Shown here piece after piece: positions 13,364 to 24,604 of a stretch of DNA of 64,000 bases (position 1 is its first letter; each line of letters opens with the position of its first letter). This DNA comes from Neophaeotheca triangularis. Lineage: Eukaryota. Under the pieces are notes generated by a model, which worked only from the letters and a program-made list of their open reading frames with translations, made no database searches and was not told the DNA's origin. The stretch lies in assembly GCA_054600435.1 (NCBI GenBank), contig BAAIJX010000053.1:62001-126000 (forward strand), in the 5' to 3' direction. Position numbers and translations under genes: made by a program.

Positions 13364-14155
13364 TTAGAAGCTTTAGTAGCTAATAAAGTAATAGGTAATG
13401 TCGCTACTATCTAGACTTTAGAGAAATTGACTACCTTTAAAGCTACTCTAAATACTAGCTATATTAGTAACTACCCTCGCATTCTTACTAAAGTCTTCCT
13501 TAGAGATTCCTTACTAGACCTTACTATAGAGCTAGACTATAATAGTATAGATTCTACTAATGTTATAGTATTTACTAACTACCTACCTACTTTACTTAGC
13601 TAAATCAGCTAGAGTAAAGAAGTACTTACTAGAGATAATACTTATAACCTATATAAGAAGGGTAATAGGAAGTTTAGGAGCTATGTTAGGGCTAAAGATG
13701 AGAATAGGGAGTATATCTTTAGTAAATCCTATATAAACTATGTTTATAGGAGCTTTAAGGTAAAGTATTCTAAGTCTACTAGTAAGTTTAAGAACTTTAA
13801 GATAAGCTTTAGGACCTTTAAAACTAATATATATTTAGAGTTTAGATAATAGTTTAAGCGTAAGGGTAAGAAGGAGGACAATAACCCCTATAAAGTCACT
13901 AAGTCTAACACCTATTTAAAGGTCCTTATTCTAGCTAAAGCTACCTTTAAAACTTTTAAAGGAGCTCTCTAAATCCTCTAAGCTATTAATAACTATAGTA
14001 ATAAGCTTTCTTAACTTATTATAAACACTAACTAGAAGGACCTTACATGTGTTATAGACAACTCTAAGCACTATAGGATTAACATTAAGGAGTCTAAGAG
14101 TAAGGATAAGTAGTAGCTTAAGGAGGATAAGGATAACAATTAGTTAGAGGAGTAA
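13364..14155 (+). pseudogene. Second RIP-degraded ORF inside the hAT element, unknown product
   Basis: About 264 codons in one frame (LEALVANKVIGNV...FKRKGKKEDNNPY...LEE*) whose relatively few stops are all TAA/TAG, as expected from RIP of CAA/CAG/TGG. Confidence 0.65.
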
Positions 14156-14875
14156 GGAAGGTATACTAGTTACTTTAAAAGCTTATAAGATACTTAAGGG
14201 GGAGTTTAAGGAGTAGTTATTTAGCTCTTTGACAACTTTAGTAGCTACTAAAGTATTCAAGTAACATTATTCTATAGTCAAAGCTTAATGGTTAAAGATT
14301 AATGATTAATAGTCAATGGTCAATAGTCTGACCATAAAATCGAAAGGTCATCGAAATCAACATCCCTAGTTGCGTGGATGGCTTGTTGTGGGGGGAGGGT
14401 GTTGGATATGCTGCTGCTGCTGCTGCTGCTGCTGGAGGCTTTGAGGGGGGATGTCTGTTGTAGGGTGCTTAGTGAAGGTGTGGTGGTGATAAGGGCTTGA
14501 TATGTGGTCACGCAGTGGTAATACTGATGATGATGTATGTGGTTGCGAGGGAAATGACTGTTTCTTCAGACTCATTGTCTTGTGGAGGGAAGATGAGGAG
14601 ACTTCTAGCCTGGCGAAAGTGAGCGACAGTAAGGCTATGTATCCTGTAAGTAGCGCCACACACACACACGTAAGTCCCTAGTAGCCATCCATCCATCCAT
14701 CCATCCATCCATCGTGCAGTGCTGTCGAACCACAATAATTCATGCAAGGGATTGGTCAAATCCCGCCCCAATATCCAACGAAAAACGCCACGCCCGTCAG
14801 GAGAAAAAGAGAGAGAAAAAGGTCTTGAATGGTTTTGAAAAGTGTTGGAAAGGATGATAACGAAAGAGAGGGCAT

Positions 14876-16887
14876 CTAGCTGCGCCTCCAGTAGAGAACC
14901 AGCCAGCCGAGAAGCCTGTAGCCCAGGACGATGCCGAGAAGGATGCCGACCCAGGCACCGACGTTGCCGTTCTTGTAGCCGTAGTTTTCGAGCACCGCGT
15001 TGCCGTCGATCATGCATTGGTCGGCGAGGTCGGTCTCGTACATGCAATTGCAGGAGCCGTCGGGACGCTCGGCGCAGCTGAAGTTGCGTTGGGAGAATTC
15101 GTTTTTCTAGCGTTTTAGTTAGCGGGTTGCTCGGGTCTGCTGTCAGAGGGATTGTGATCTTACCATCATTCCCTGGAAAACGTAGGACTGGTAGTCGATG
15201 TAGTGGAAGACGTATCTCCAGAATGGGTTCAGCGTTTGCGGTGGCACGAGGAAACCGCCGGTACACATCCATAGACCGTTGGCGAAAGCCGTCGCTGCTA
15301 GAGCGATGACGAAGATGGGGACCAGCGAGCTGATGAGGACGACGAGGGATTCGGCGGCGATCAAATCGAGGAAGAGCCACATGATCCATGTCAAGAAGGC
15401 TTCGGCGGTCGGTCGGAAATTGGAGAGCCAGTATGCGACGACGGAGAAGAGGACTGAAATCAAGAAGAGGTATGGGATTCCAGTGATGAAGTTGGCGATC
15501 ATGAAGGAGGTGGGGCCGTAGAGACCGTTTGCTCGTTCCTTCATGAATAATGCGCGATCCTCGAGGAAGGCGGGGATATAGGCGACAGCCATGAAAGACA
15601 TGAAAGCGCCTCCGAAGAAAATGGCGTTGATGAAGGATTGGATGTTGCTCTGAGTTGGACTCAGACGCAGCCAGACGGTTCCCATCATGATGGCCAGACC
15701 CATGTACATGGCAATACGGATACCGTAGGCGATGATATCACGGTACGATTTGATGAAGGATCGGTGAATCAGAGCCAGAGGAATCGCAATCGGGCCTGCG
15801 CGGTCTTCTTTGGCGTCGGCGTTGACTTCGGAGTCCATCGAGTTGCGTGCCATTTCATCGGTGAGCTCGGTGACTGTCGTCGTCGCGAGACGGGACTTGT
15901 GCCACGACGAGTGCACCATGTTGAGTTGCTGGTCGACCTCGCCGCGATCGCGGGCAAAATCCGTGTTGACAAAGTCGATGATGAATTCGGCAGGGTTCAT
16001 GTAGAGAGGGATCGGGAAGCCGCAAGAGTCGAAGTATGGTTGGACTTCAGACACGGGACCGCTGTATGCTGTGCCACCTTGCGAAAGGAGGAGGAGCTTG
16101 TCAAACATGGCAAAGGTCGATGTAGACGGTTGATGTATCGAGGCAATGACGATCAGGTTGTGCTTCTTCGCAATGTCTTTGACGAAAGAGACGACCTCGA
16201 ACGAGGCGGCAGAGTCCAGACCGGATGTAGGCTCGTCGAGGAACAGCAGCTTTGGACTGGTGATGAGTTGTGCCGCCACGCTGACACGACGCTTTTGACC
16301 ACCAGAGATACCCTTCCTAATAGGTGTGCCGATGAGGTTGTTTGCTTGACCGGCCAGACCGAATGCCGTTAGAAGTGCTTCGATGCGTTGAATGCGCTCG
16401 AGCTTGCTGACCGTCGAAGGCAATGAGAGGCGAGCGGCAAAGTTGAGTGTCTCGCGCACAGTGAGGGAACCGACCAGGGCATCTTCCTGCTCGACGTAGG
16501 CGGAGATGCGGCGGAAGGTCTTGGGGTTTGCTGCCTGGCCGTTGATGTAGATGGCTGCCTTGACCGAAGCGGCGAGTGCTTGGGTGCGGTGGGCTAGCAC
16601 GTTGAGGAGGGTCGACTTTCCGGAACCGCTGTATATGAGTCGTTAGCATGTGAATGGAGCGACGGCGACGATCAAAACATGTCGTGGTGTGACACTTACG
16701 AAGGTCCCATGAGGGCGAGAAGCTCGCCAGACTTGACGATTCCATTGATGTCGCTGAGGATGGTCTTGGGTTGCTGCGTCTGTCGGTCCTTGACGGTGAC
16801 GGTAACACCCTTCCACCCAAAGCTGCGGATGTTTGTGTTTGTGAGTTGGGCATAATCGCCTCCAATCATTTTTTCAATATCGGACAT
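14876..16887 (-). CDS. Half-size ABCG (White-like) ABC transporter
   Basis: Walker A GPSGSGKST assembled across intron 16629-16699; ISGGQKRRVS signature; LLFLDEPTSGLD Walker B; ABC2 membrane domain; second intron 15107-15163; ends ...LYWRRS*. Confidence 0.95.
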
Positions 16888-17520
16888 CTTGTGGTAAGAT
16901 GAACGATCTCTTGGACCGCCGAGTTGATCCGTGGTGAAGGTTTGGGACTTTACGAGAAAGTCCGGTAGAGGTAAGGAAGGGGTGGCGGCGAAGTGAAGAA
17001 GAAGTAGTAAGGTAGTATCGAGTTGAGGTGGAGATTCAGGAGACGGAGACCTGGTAGGTGACTTGTGCAACGGTGACACAACGCAAACGACGACGACGAT
17101 CCGACGCGCAGCGACGTTTGTAAGTAATAAATGACGGGTGTCAATGAACGAATGAGGGTTTGAAAGAAAGGAAAGCGGTTTGCTGTTCGCGGTGTGGAAT
17201 GTCGAGACCTTTTGGAGAACAAAGGAAGCGCCACGACGAGAACAAAGCAAAGGCAAAAGTTACAACGACTGGAGGACAGAAAGGTGAGTGGTGAGCGAGC
17301 GGTAGAAGAGGAATAATAAGAATGATCAGATTCAGGACGAAGTGACTTGGCTACGGGAAGCCACAGTTTTGTGGTGAGGAGGGCTGCAGAGGTGCAGGGA
17401 GAGAAGTCAAAATAATGATGCACCTAATAAGCCGGGGCGGGGCGGGGGGGCGTGAAGACGGCGATCATGTACCTTTTCTTTGGAAGAAGGGCAAGCGGGC
17501 GGCGTCAAGCCCCATCAGGA

Positions 17521-17532
17521 GTAGTAGTAGTG

Positions 17533-17565
<33 letters not shown>
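17521..17565. repeat. (GTA)n microsatellite
   Basis: About 15 GTA units with one GTG interruption. Confidence 0.95.
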
Positions 17566-20012
17566 CTGTATCATAAGGTATTCATCACATGTCGAAAGGC
17601 GGGTGGGTTCGACGGCGGCGTCGACAGGAGGAGAGTCGAGGCCGGAAATGTCATGAATTGATGGGCCGGATGGGCTCGATGGGCTCGAGTTTGTTAGATG
17701 CTGCTAACTATCGTTTTGGATTTCCTCTCTGACTCTCTCATTCTTCGTAGCGACTACTAGTTCTAACTACTACTGGTGAGGTTGACTGCGGCGTAAAGTT
17801 GCACAGGCCTATCCCTGTCGCTGACTCTGCATTGGTGCATTAAGGTCGCTCGTCCAGAAAAGTTACATGAGTACCTAGGTGTTCCCTGCAAAAGTTGAAA
17901 CAATGGCCCTCTGGCTCTGCTAGTCTACCACATTATCATTATTATCTCCGTCAGTAGTAGTAGTACTGGGAAAGACGGCGTATGTACCTGCAGCAGTGGT
18001 AGTTGTACCTACATAGGTACCAAGTTGTAGGTAATCTTCATCACTTTGTCGGTCGTCGGAATGATACCCATCAGCCCAACGAGAATAAATATTATCATTT
18101 ACGACGAGTTCGAAAAAGTACAAAGACACATACATCTAGTGTCACGCAAGCGCCGTTTTACACGATTTGTCGGGTACCCGTTCTGCCCGTCGTCGTCGTC
18201 GTTGTTGTTGTTGTTGCTGTTGTGTGACTTGTGCGACACGGAATGCCTTGGCAAATGCCGGGATGCTGACTAGTAAGTATTGAGTATTATGTATTAGGTA
18301 CGGTATACCTAGAAACAACGTCGAGAGAGATTTGGAAGGAAGATTCAAGATAAACTTCATTGGGGTTGAGTCCTACTACAGTACTAGTACTAGTACCTGG
18401 CCGGCCCCATTAATCATATCATCTTCTGCGGTCAGTACCGGGGAACTACTACCTGTACCTACTAGTAGTACTAGGTATCTACTGCGGAGCTGCACCCCAC
18501 ACGCCTTTACTACTACTACATCTCTACGAGGTACCCCTGAACAACATCCATCCGCTGATCCCACCCGTGACCAGTTCTGACTCCATCTCGACTCGCTCCT
18601 CAGCCCAACTCAACTCTACTCACCTCACCAATCACACTTCCCCCGTTTCCCTCTTCTTTTCCGACCCCTTCTTGGTATTATTGTCATGCATGCTAGTCCA
18701 AATCTGACCTCAGCTGACGGCAGCTTTCGTTAATAATTATTATTTTATTATCCCACCCATTTTTTCCTTCATTGGCAACGGCTACCACAAATCATGCATG
18801 GCTCACGGCCATGTCTTCCTTTTCGGCAAGGCAGGCTGCTTCTGTCTCGGTGTTGCCGCCCGATTGATTAACTATCAGCTCCCTTTGGGTTAGGCTTGTG
18901 CGACCTCACCTGTCCGGGAAGATGCATCGCATCCACGTTTCCTGTAGTGCGCTGTCATCACGCCCTTTCCCCCTCACAGACGTGCTTCATCTGACGTGAT
19001 ACGCCGTCGCCAGGCCCTGAGAGCGTAGGTACACAACAGCATGGGAAAAGGGAGAAGAGTTGGGAGAAGCATCTTCCCGTTTCCATCTCGGCCGATTCCG
19101 CTTCCCATGGGACCCTGTTTTCCAGGTACGCTTCAAAGTCAAATCTGCGACTAACAACGCCCTCCAACGTTGGCCTCAACGATGAAACAAAAGTCTATCA
19201 TCGATTCATCCCATGCCGAGCGCGCCGAGGAGCAGAAGACGAGTGATTGATTCAGTTCCGGTCCCCGGAGCATGCCTGCCGCTTAGCCATCTGCGCAAGC
19301 AGGTCTGGCGGCCTGGCCTTCTTCAGGGGAATCCTGCTTCTTGAACACCGTTAGTGACGCCGTCTTCACTCTCTTTGGTGCCAAGATTCCAGAAATGGAC
19401 AGAATGCCCCGTGCATACCGGCAGAGAAGAGCCATGAAAGTATGTGAATGCGTCTCATAGCAGCACATCGCCTTGCGGCTTTGGTGCTTCCGCCCGCCAC
19501 GCCTGGTTGCGCTACCTAAGCTTTACCTCGTTACATCTGGAGCTTCCCGATTTTGGCCATTATTGGGCGCGGTTTGCTGTCTGCACCTAGACGAGGACCT
19601 GCCACTATCCCCGCCAGTTATCACTCTTCCAAACTACCCACCACTATTCACTACTCTCGCCTGTGCCATTCGCTTCGCTTCGCTTCAGTCATTCCTTTGC
19701 TAACAATCGTCTTTCCATCGCCATCTACCTAATCATTGACTTGACCTCGTGTTGTCAACGTGTACGACACCCGGTTCTTACTGCCAACACCACATCTGAC
19801 GCTTCCAGCTTGGTCTTCCATCCTACCCATTGGTCCCGGTCTTATTCGGCATTACCAGGGCAACACTGTTTCTTTCGATGCCTTGTATCTCTACATGAGA
19901 TCTCGCCTATCTACATTCGTCCCACGATCATCTTCTAGCTGATCTCCCGGAAGCGGTTTTCACTCTTTCAAACGCGCACGGCGTCCTGGCGCCTGCCCCA
20001 TAGCTCACGCAA

Positions 20013-22384
20013 ATGGATAGGTACGGCGCTCGGGAGCTACAAGACCGACAGCATATTAATTATTCAGCGGACGACATATCTTCCGCGAGTGACTCGGATC
20101 CGGACTATCAAACAGATCTTACGACACCCGCCTGCTCAGAAATTAATCCGGACGATATGGCGCCAGACGATGTCGACGAGTTCAGAGATCGAGAGTACCC
20201 GCAACTCAAAGGGAAGACCTATCTCGATCATGGAGGTACTACGGTATGTTGTACAGCCCTTCTGCTTCGTTTGCTGCTGTACGCTAACAGCTCATTGCGC
20301 AGTTGTACGCCAAGTCTCTCATGGAAGAGTTCTGCGCCGACATGGTGGGCAATCTTTACGGCAATCCACACTCGGCCTCTTCGCCCTCTGCTTTGGCCGG
20401 TCACAGAGTTGATGCGATCCGAGAACGAGCACTTCGTTTCTTCAACGCTGACCCCGAGGAATACGATCTCGTTTTTGTCGCAAACGCAACCGCAGCAATC
20501 AAACTCGTAATCGAATGCTTCCGGGATAACGCCGCAGCCAGCAATACTCCCGTCTGGTACGGCTATCACAAGGATGCGCATACATCGCTCGTCGGGGTCA
20601 GGGAGTCGACAAAGATGCACAGATGTTTCACGAGCGATGAGGAGGTGGACCTTTGGATCAACAGTGGAGGACTCGGAGGACCACGGGCCAGACAACTTGG
20701 TCTGTTTGCATATCCTGGCCAGTCGAACATGACCGGACGTCGCCTTCCTCTTAATTGGTATGCATTGCTCTACCGATGGCTTGCTGATGACGTGAAGGGA
20801 TGCTGACGTTACACCAGGCCTGGCCGCATTCGCCAAACATTCCACAAAGCCGCCACATACACTCTTTTGGACGCAGCCGCGCTTGCTTCTACGGCTCCAT
20901 TGGACCTATCTGACCCCGCCACAGCGCCGGACTTTGTGGCGCTTTCATTCTACAAAATCTTTGGTTTCCCAAACATTGGCGCCCTCATTGTGCGCAAAGA
21001 CTCGGCTCACGTGTTGAAGAACCGCAAGTACTTTGGTGGCGGTACTGTCGACATGATCATCTCCATCAACGACACATGGCACGCCAAGAAGGATTCGTCG
21101 GTGCACGACCGCCTCGAGGACGGCACGCTACCTTTTCACTCCATCTTTGCTCTCGACCATGCAATGACAGTGCACGAGCGACTCTACGGTAACAACCCGA
21201 TGAAGTTCATATCCATGCACACGGCTCTTCTTGGGAAGCAGCTGTACGATGGCTTGAGCGGACTGCGGCATAGCAACGGCCTTGATGTTTGCACCATCTA
21301 CAAGGATGACAACGCTGTGTATGGTGACCCATCGACGCAAGGGGCTACAGTCGCATTCAACATCCGGAGCTCAGACGGGAACATGGTAGGCTACGAAGAT
21401 GTCGAGCAGAGTGCAGACGCCCGCAACATCTTCGTTCGAAGCGGCGCCCTCTGCAATCCCGGAGGCGTGGCGACTTATTTGGACTGGTCGCCCGCAGAGA
21501 TGAAAGCCGCCTTCGCTGCTGGACACCGCTGCAGTTCTCCTACCCAGGTTATGCTGGGCAAACCGACCGGTGTCGTGCGAGTCAGTTTGGGCGCGATGAG
21601 CACCTCGTCCGACGTAAAGACTTTGCTGGAGTTCCTTAACGAAGTTTACGTTGACCATACCCCGGGCGCCAAGCTCGCCTCGACGGCTCAGATTACGAGC
21701 GCGAAACCAGTGCACATTTCGAACCCACCTCTATCGCCGACTCTCCGCACGCGCATCTCACACATGAGTCTTACTCCGGCCATGGCTTCACCTGACCTTC
21801 TATCAGCGCCGCACGCCAGGTCGTCCCACGACAATAGCGCTCCCGCCCGACAAGAGACCTCAGTATCAGCGAAGCACTCGTCAGCCTTGCCATTCCAGGA
21901 GGCACCCGCCACACCAAGCAGTGACCGACCCAGAGCACCGCCATTCGTACCGTCAGATTACACCAGGCGTCACCGCCCATGGGAAGAGCAGATGGGCAAG
22001 TATTCCAACGTTGCCATGGAGATAAAAGTTCAAGACATGGACGACGGCACCAGCAGCGCCACTGTTCGTAACCAAACACCGAGCGTCAAGGCACGCAAGT
22101 TTGGCAGATCTATGGTCAACTTGTTACGCACCAAGAGCCACACCCCATCTGGCGACCACACAAATAGGTACGAGCAATAGCAACACTCTTTACCAAAACA
22201 GTGAGGCGTACTAACAATTCCACTCCACAGCGCCAAACCTCCCACACCCCCTCCCGCATTACCACCGCTCTCCCCTGAAAACTACAAAGGCTGGGGCGAC
22301 TCCATCACTCAGCGCCACCAAAGCCGCCGAGAGATAGAGCAAATGGTCTTCCAACGCAACGCCGACAACCTCGGCAAAAGCTAA
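20013..22384 (+). CDS. Molybdenum-cofactor-sulfurase-like class V PLP enzyme lacking a recognisable MOSC domain
   Basis: YLDHGGTT, GNPHS, YPGQSNMTG, LLDAAA, SFYKIFGFP (PLP lysine), GGGTV, LEDGT, CNPGG, GHRC, VRVSLG. Introns 20244-20302, 20758-20817, 22168-22230; C-terminus is low-complexity Ser/Pro. Confidence 0.88.
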
Positions 22385-22919
22385 CTCCCAGAAAACGAAA
22401 GTTTCTAATGCCAAAACTTTTTGGGAAAAGCAAGAATGACTTTGTCGAAAAACTTTAGCGTGGTGTTTTGTGAATCTGAAAAGGCAGATCTGGTTTGGAC
22501 TTTGCGTGCGTTCTTTGCGTTCCCTTCAAGACCATTGGGGGGGGTGGGTTCTTCTTTTTCTTTTTTCCAGAGGGGGCGAGATACCCCTTTTTACTTCTTT
22601 CTTTTTGGAAATTCTTCGGTCCACTTTGTATAAAAAGACTGTACATAACAGCACACATGGCGCGGGCGACCGTGAGCCTTGACGAATCTTGGAATTACGG
22701 CTGCGGAGACTGGGGGAAACTTGTTGTACCCATATTGGTTTGCGAGGGCGGGAACAGAGACAGCAACGGTTTGGCTCGACAGGTTGACGGTACAGTGTAC
22801 AGGATATCCGCGGAGGCGGGGAGTAGTTCTTACACAGATATGATACGATACATTCGCTCGCTCGCTCGCTACTGGTTACATCTACATCATTCGGCGCAAG
22901 CCCCGTGGCTGCCCATCTT

Positions 22920-24330
22920 TCACCAGTTCTCTCTGGGACTACGTTCGAGCTGCGTGTCAGTGACTCCCAACGCCTCGTGCTCCCGAATGACGCTGGCGAC
23001 CGCCACGTCGTCAGCGTATAGTGCACAGTATGTATGTGTCTAACTAGCTCCGTCTCGCGCCGTGAGCGCGTAGCCGAGTCGATCAACTAGATACTCCATC
23101 AGTCCCTCCACGCCCTCACCGCCGACTACCAGAGCCCTCACCGGGGGTAAGACCAATAGCGGCCTCTCACCTCACCTGCCCAAACCCCCTGTCGAGAGAC
23201 ACGGCGGCGGCGGCGGCGGTAAAGCAGCGCAAACGTCGCAAGCCCCCGACTGCGAGAACCCGGCCGTTTGCGACCTACCCGTCGACGACCCTGCGCCGGC
23301 CACTCAACTCACTACTACCGTTGCTACTCTCACCCGGGAGACGGAAAGGGGCAACTCTACCCACTGTAAAGTATCTTAGTATAGGAAGAGATACACGTAC
23401 GTACATCTGAACCCGAGGCAATCCATCCATAGCTAGACGCATCAACCTGCGCGGGCGGCCTCGTCACCCTGACTGACGCCGTCCACGGCAACCGCAACCC
23501 ACCGCACTCACGCACGCACTCATGCCTTCGCGCAAAAACCCCGTCGAAGCCAGTGCCCCGTCTGCAGACACGCGAGCGTACACACATGCATGCATGCATA
23601 CATGCATACATGTGTACACGCCTAAGTGGCGTGGACGCGGTGCGACAAGCCCGCAAGACTGCGCGAGAGACCGGGTAGGTGGGTGCCTGCATGCGGGGGT
23701 TTTGGTGCACAAGGCCCGGGGTGTGGTGGCACGGGAACGGGCGGGTTTGGGCTGAAGGGAGGGGAGGGGGGTGGGTTTGTGAGACTTTGGGGCTTGTGGA
23801 CGGGAGAGGGCGGGGGGGTTGTGGAGGTTGTGATACGTCGGTGTTTGGCTGTTGGTGGGCAGGTTTGGGGGTTTGGTGGGCGGATGGTTGAGGGGACGTT
23901 TGGCGGATTGTTCGTCGGCATGGGGGTTGGGGATTTGGGATGTGGGATTCGGGCGCGGATGACGCGGTCGCTGGTCTTGTTGATTGATCGATTGTATGTG
24001 CATGCTTTGCAGGTCTTGGTGAGGAAGATACCCTGGTAAGGTTTGGTTGTGCCCAAACCCTAGCCCTATGGTATAGCCGGCTGCACCAGCTTCATAGGTC
24101 GTTCGTTCTTGGCTTTGCTGTTCCGCTGAGTACTCGGACAAGTTTTTGCCGGTGGAAGTCAGGGCCGGTTTGTCTGCACTGGTCTTCTAGAGGTCGTTGC
24201 ATCTCTGTTAGTGTAGAGACTCCTCAACCATCCGATGTCTGCTGGTGAGCAAGGCGCTTCAGCAGCTGTATTAAGGTTACGGGGAGAGGCTGCATCGAAG
24301 GACTGCGTGTCATTGGGAAGTGTCCATCTC
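22920..24330 (+). ncRNA. Candidate large structured non-coding RNA (identity unknown)
   Basis: Nested long-range complementarity 23075-23182 with 23856-23990, plus inner stems and local hairpins; many pairs need G-U on the + strand; no credible ORF. Ends approximate. Confidence 0.45.
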
Positions 24331-24604
24331 CCTTGCTCAGATTTGACGCCATCCCTCTACGATCAATCACCGTTATTGGGCTATCGGCACATCACCCAAG
24401 CCAATGTAATCTGAAAGGGGAACACGATTATTCAAAAACTTCGAATTACAAGGCAAGAAGTCCCTCGGGTATCATCGCTGGCGCACATGGGCGCCTCGCC
24501 TGCAAGAAAAACACCACCAGACTCTTCTATCCAGCATCCATCGCCTTAGCCAGACCCAAAAGCATCCAGCATCCAGCAAGCAAGCAAGCACGCAGAACCA
24601 TATC

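Larger units (their letters stand above)
10700..14368 (+). mobile_element. Full-length RIP-inactivated hAT DNA transposon (3669 bp)
   Basis: TIR TAGGGATGTTG (10700-10710) / CAACATCCCTA (14358-14368); perfect 8-bp TSD GTTGCGTG at 10692-10699 and 14369-14376; very AT-rich, TpA-rich, CpA/TpG-depleted interior. Confidence 0.96.

Noticed and set aside
14508..15389. 293-aa minus ORF
   Set aside because: Alternate frame over the ABCG 3' exons and UTR.
16890..20012. 3 kb divergent intergenic region with TAG/GTA-rich tracts
   Set aside because: Simple repeats, no transposon ends or RIP block; likely regulatory.
23464..24141. 225-aa Pro/His-rich minus ORF and overlapping Gly-rich plus ORFs
   Set aside because: Non-ATG start, low complexity, explained by G/C strand skew.
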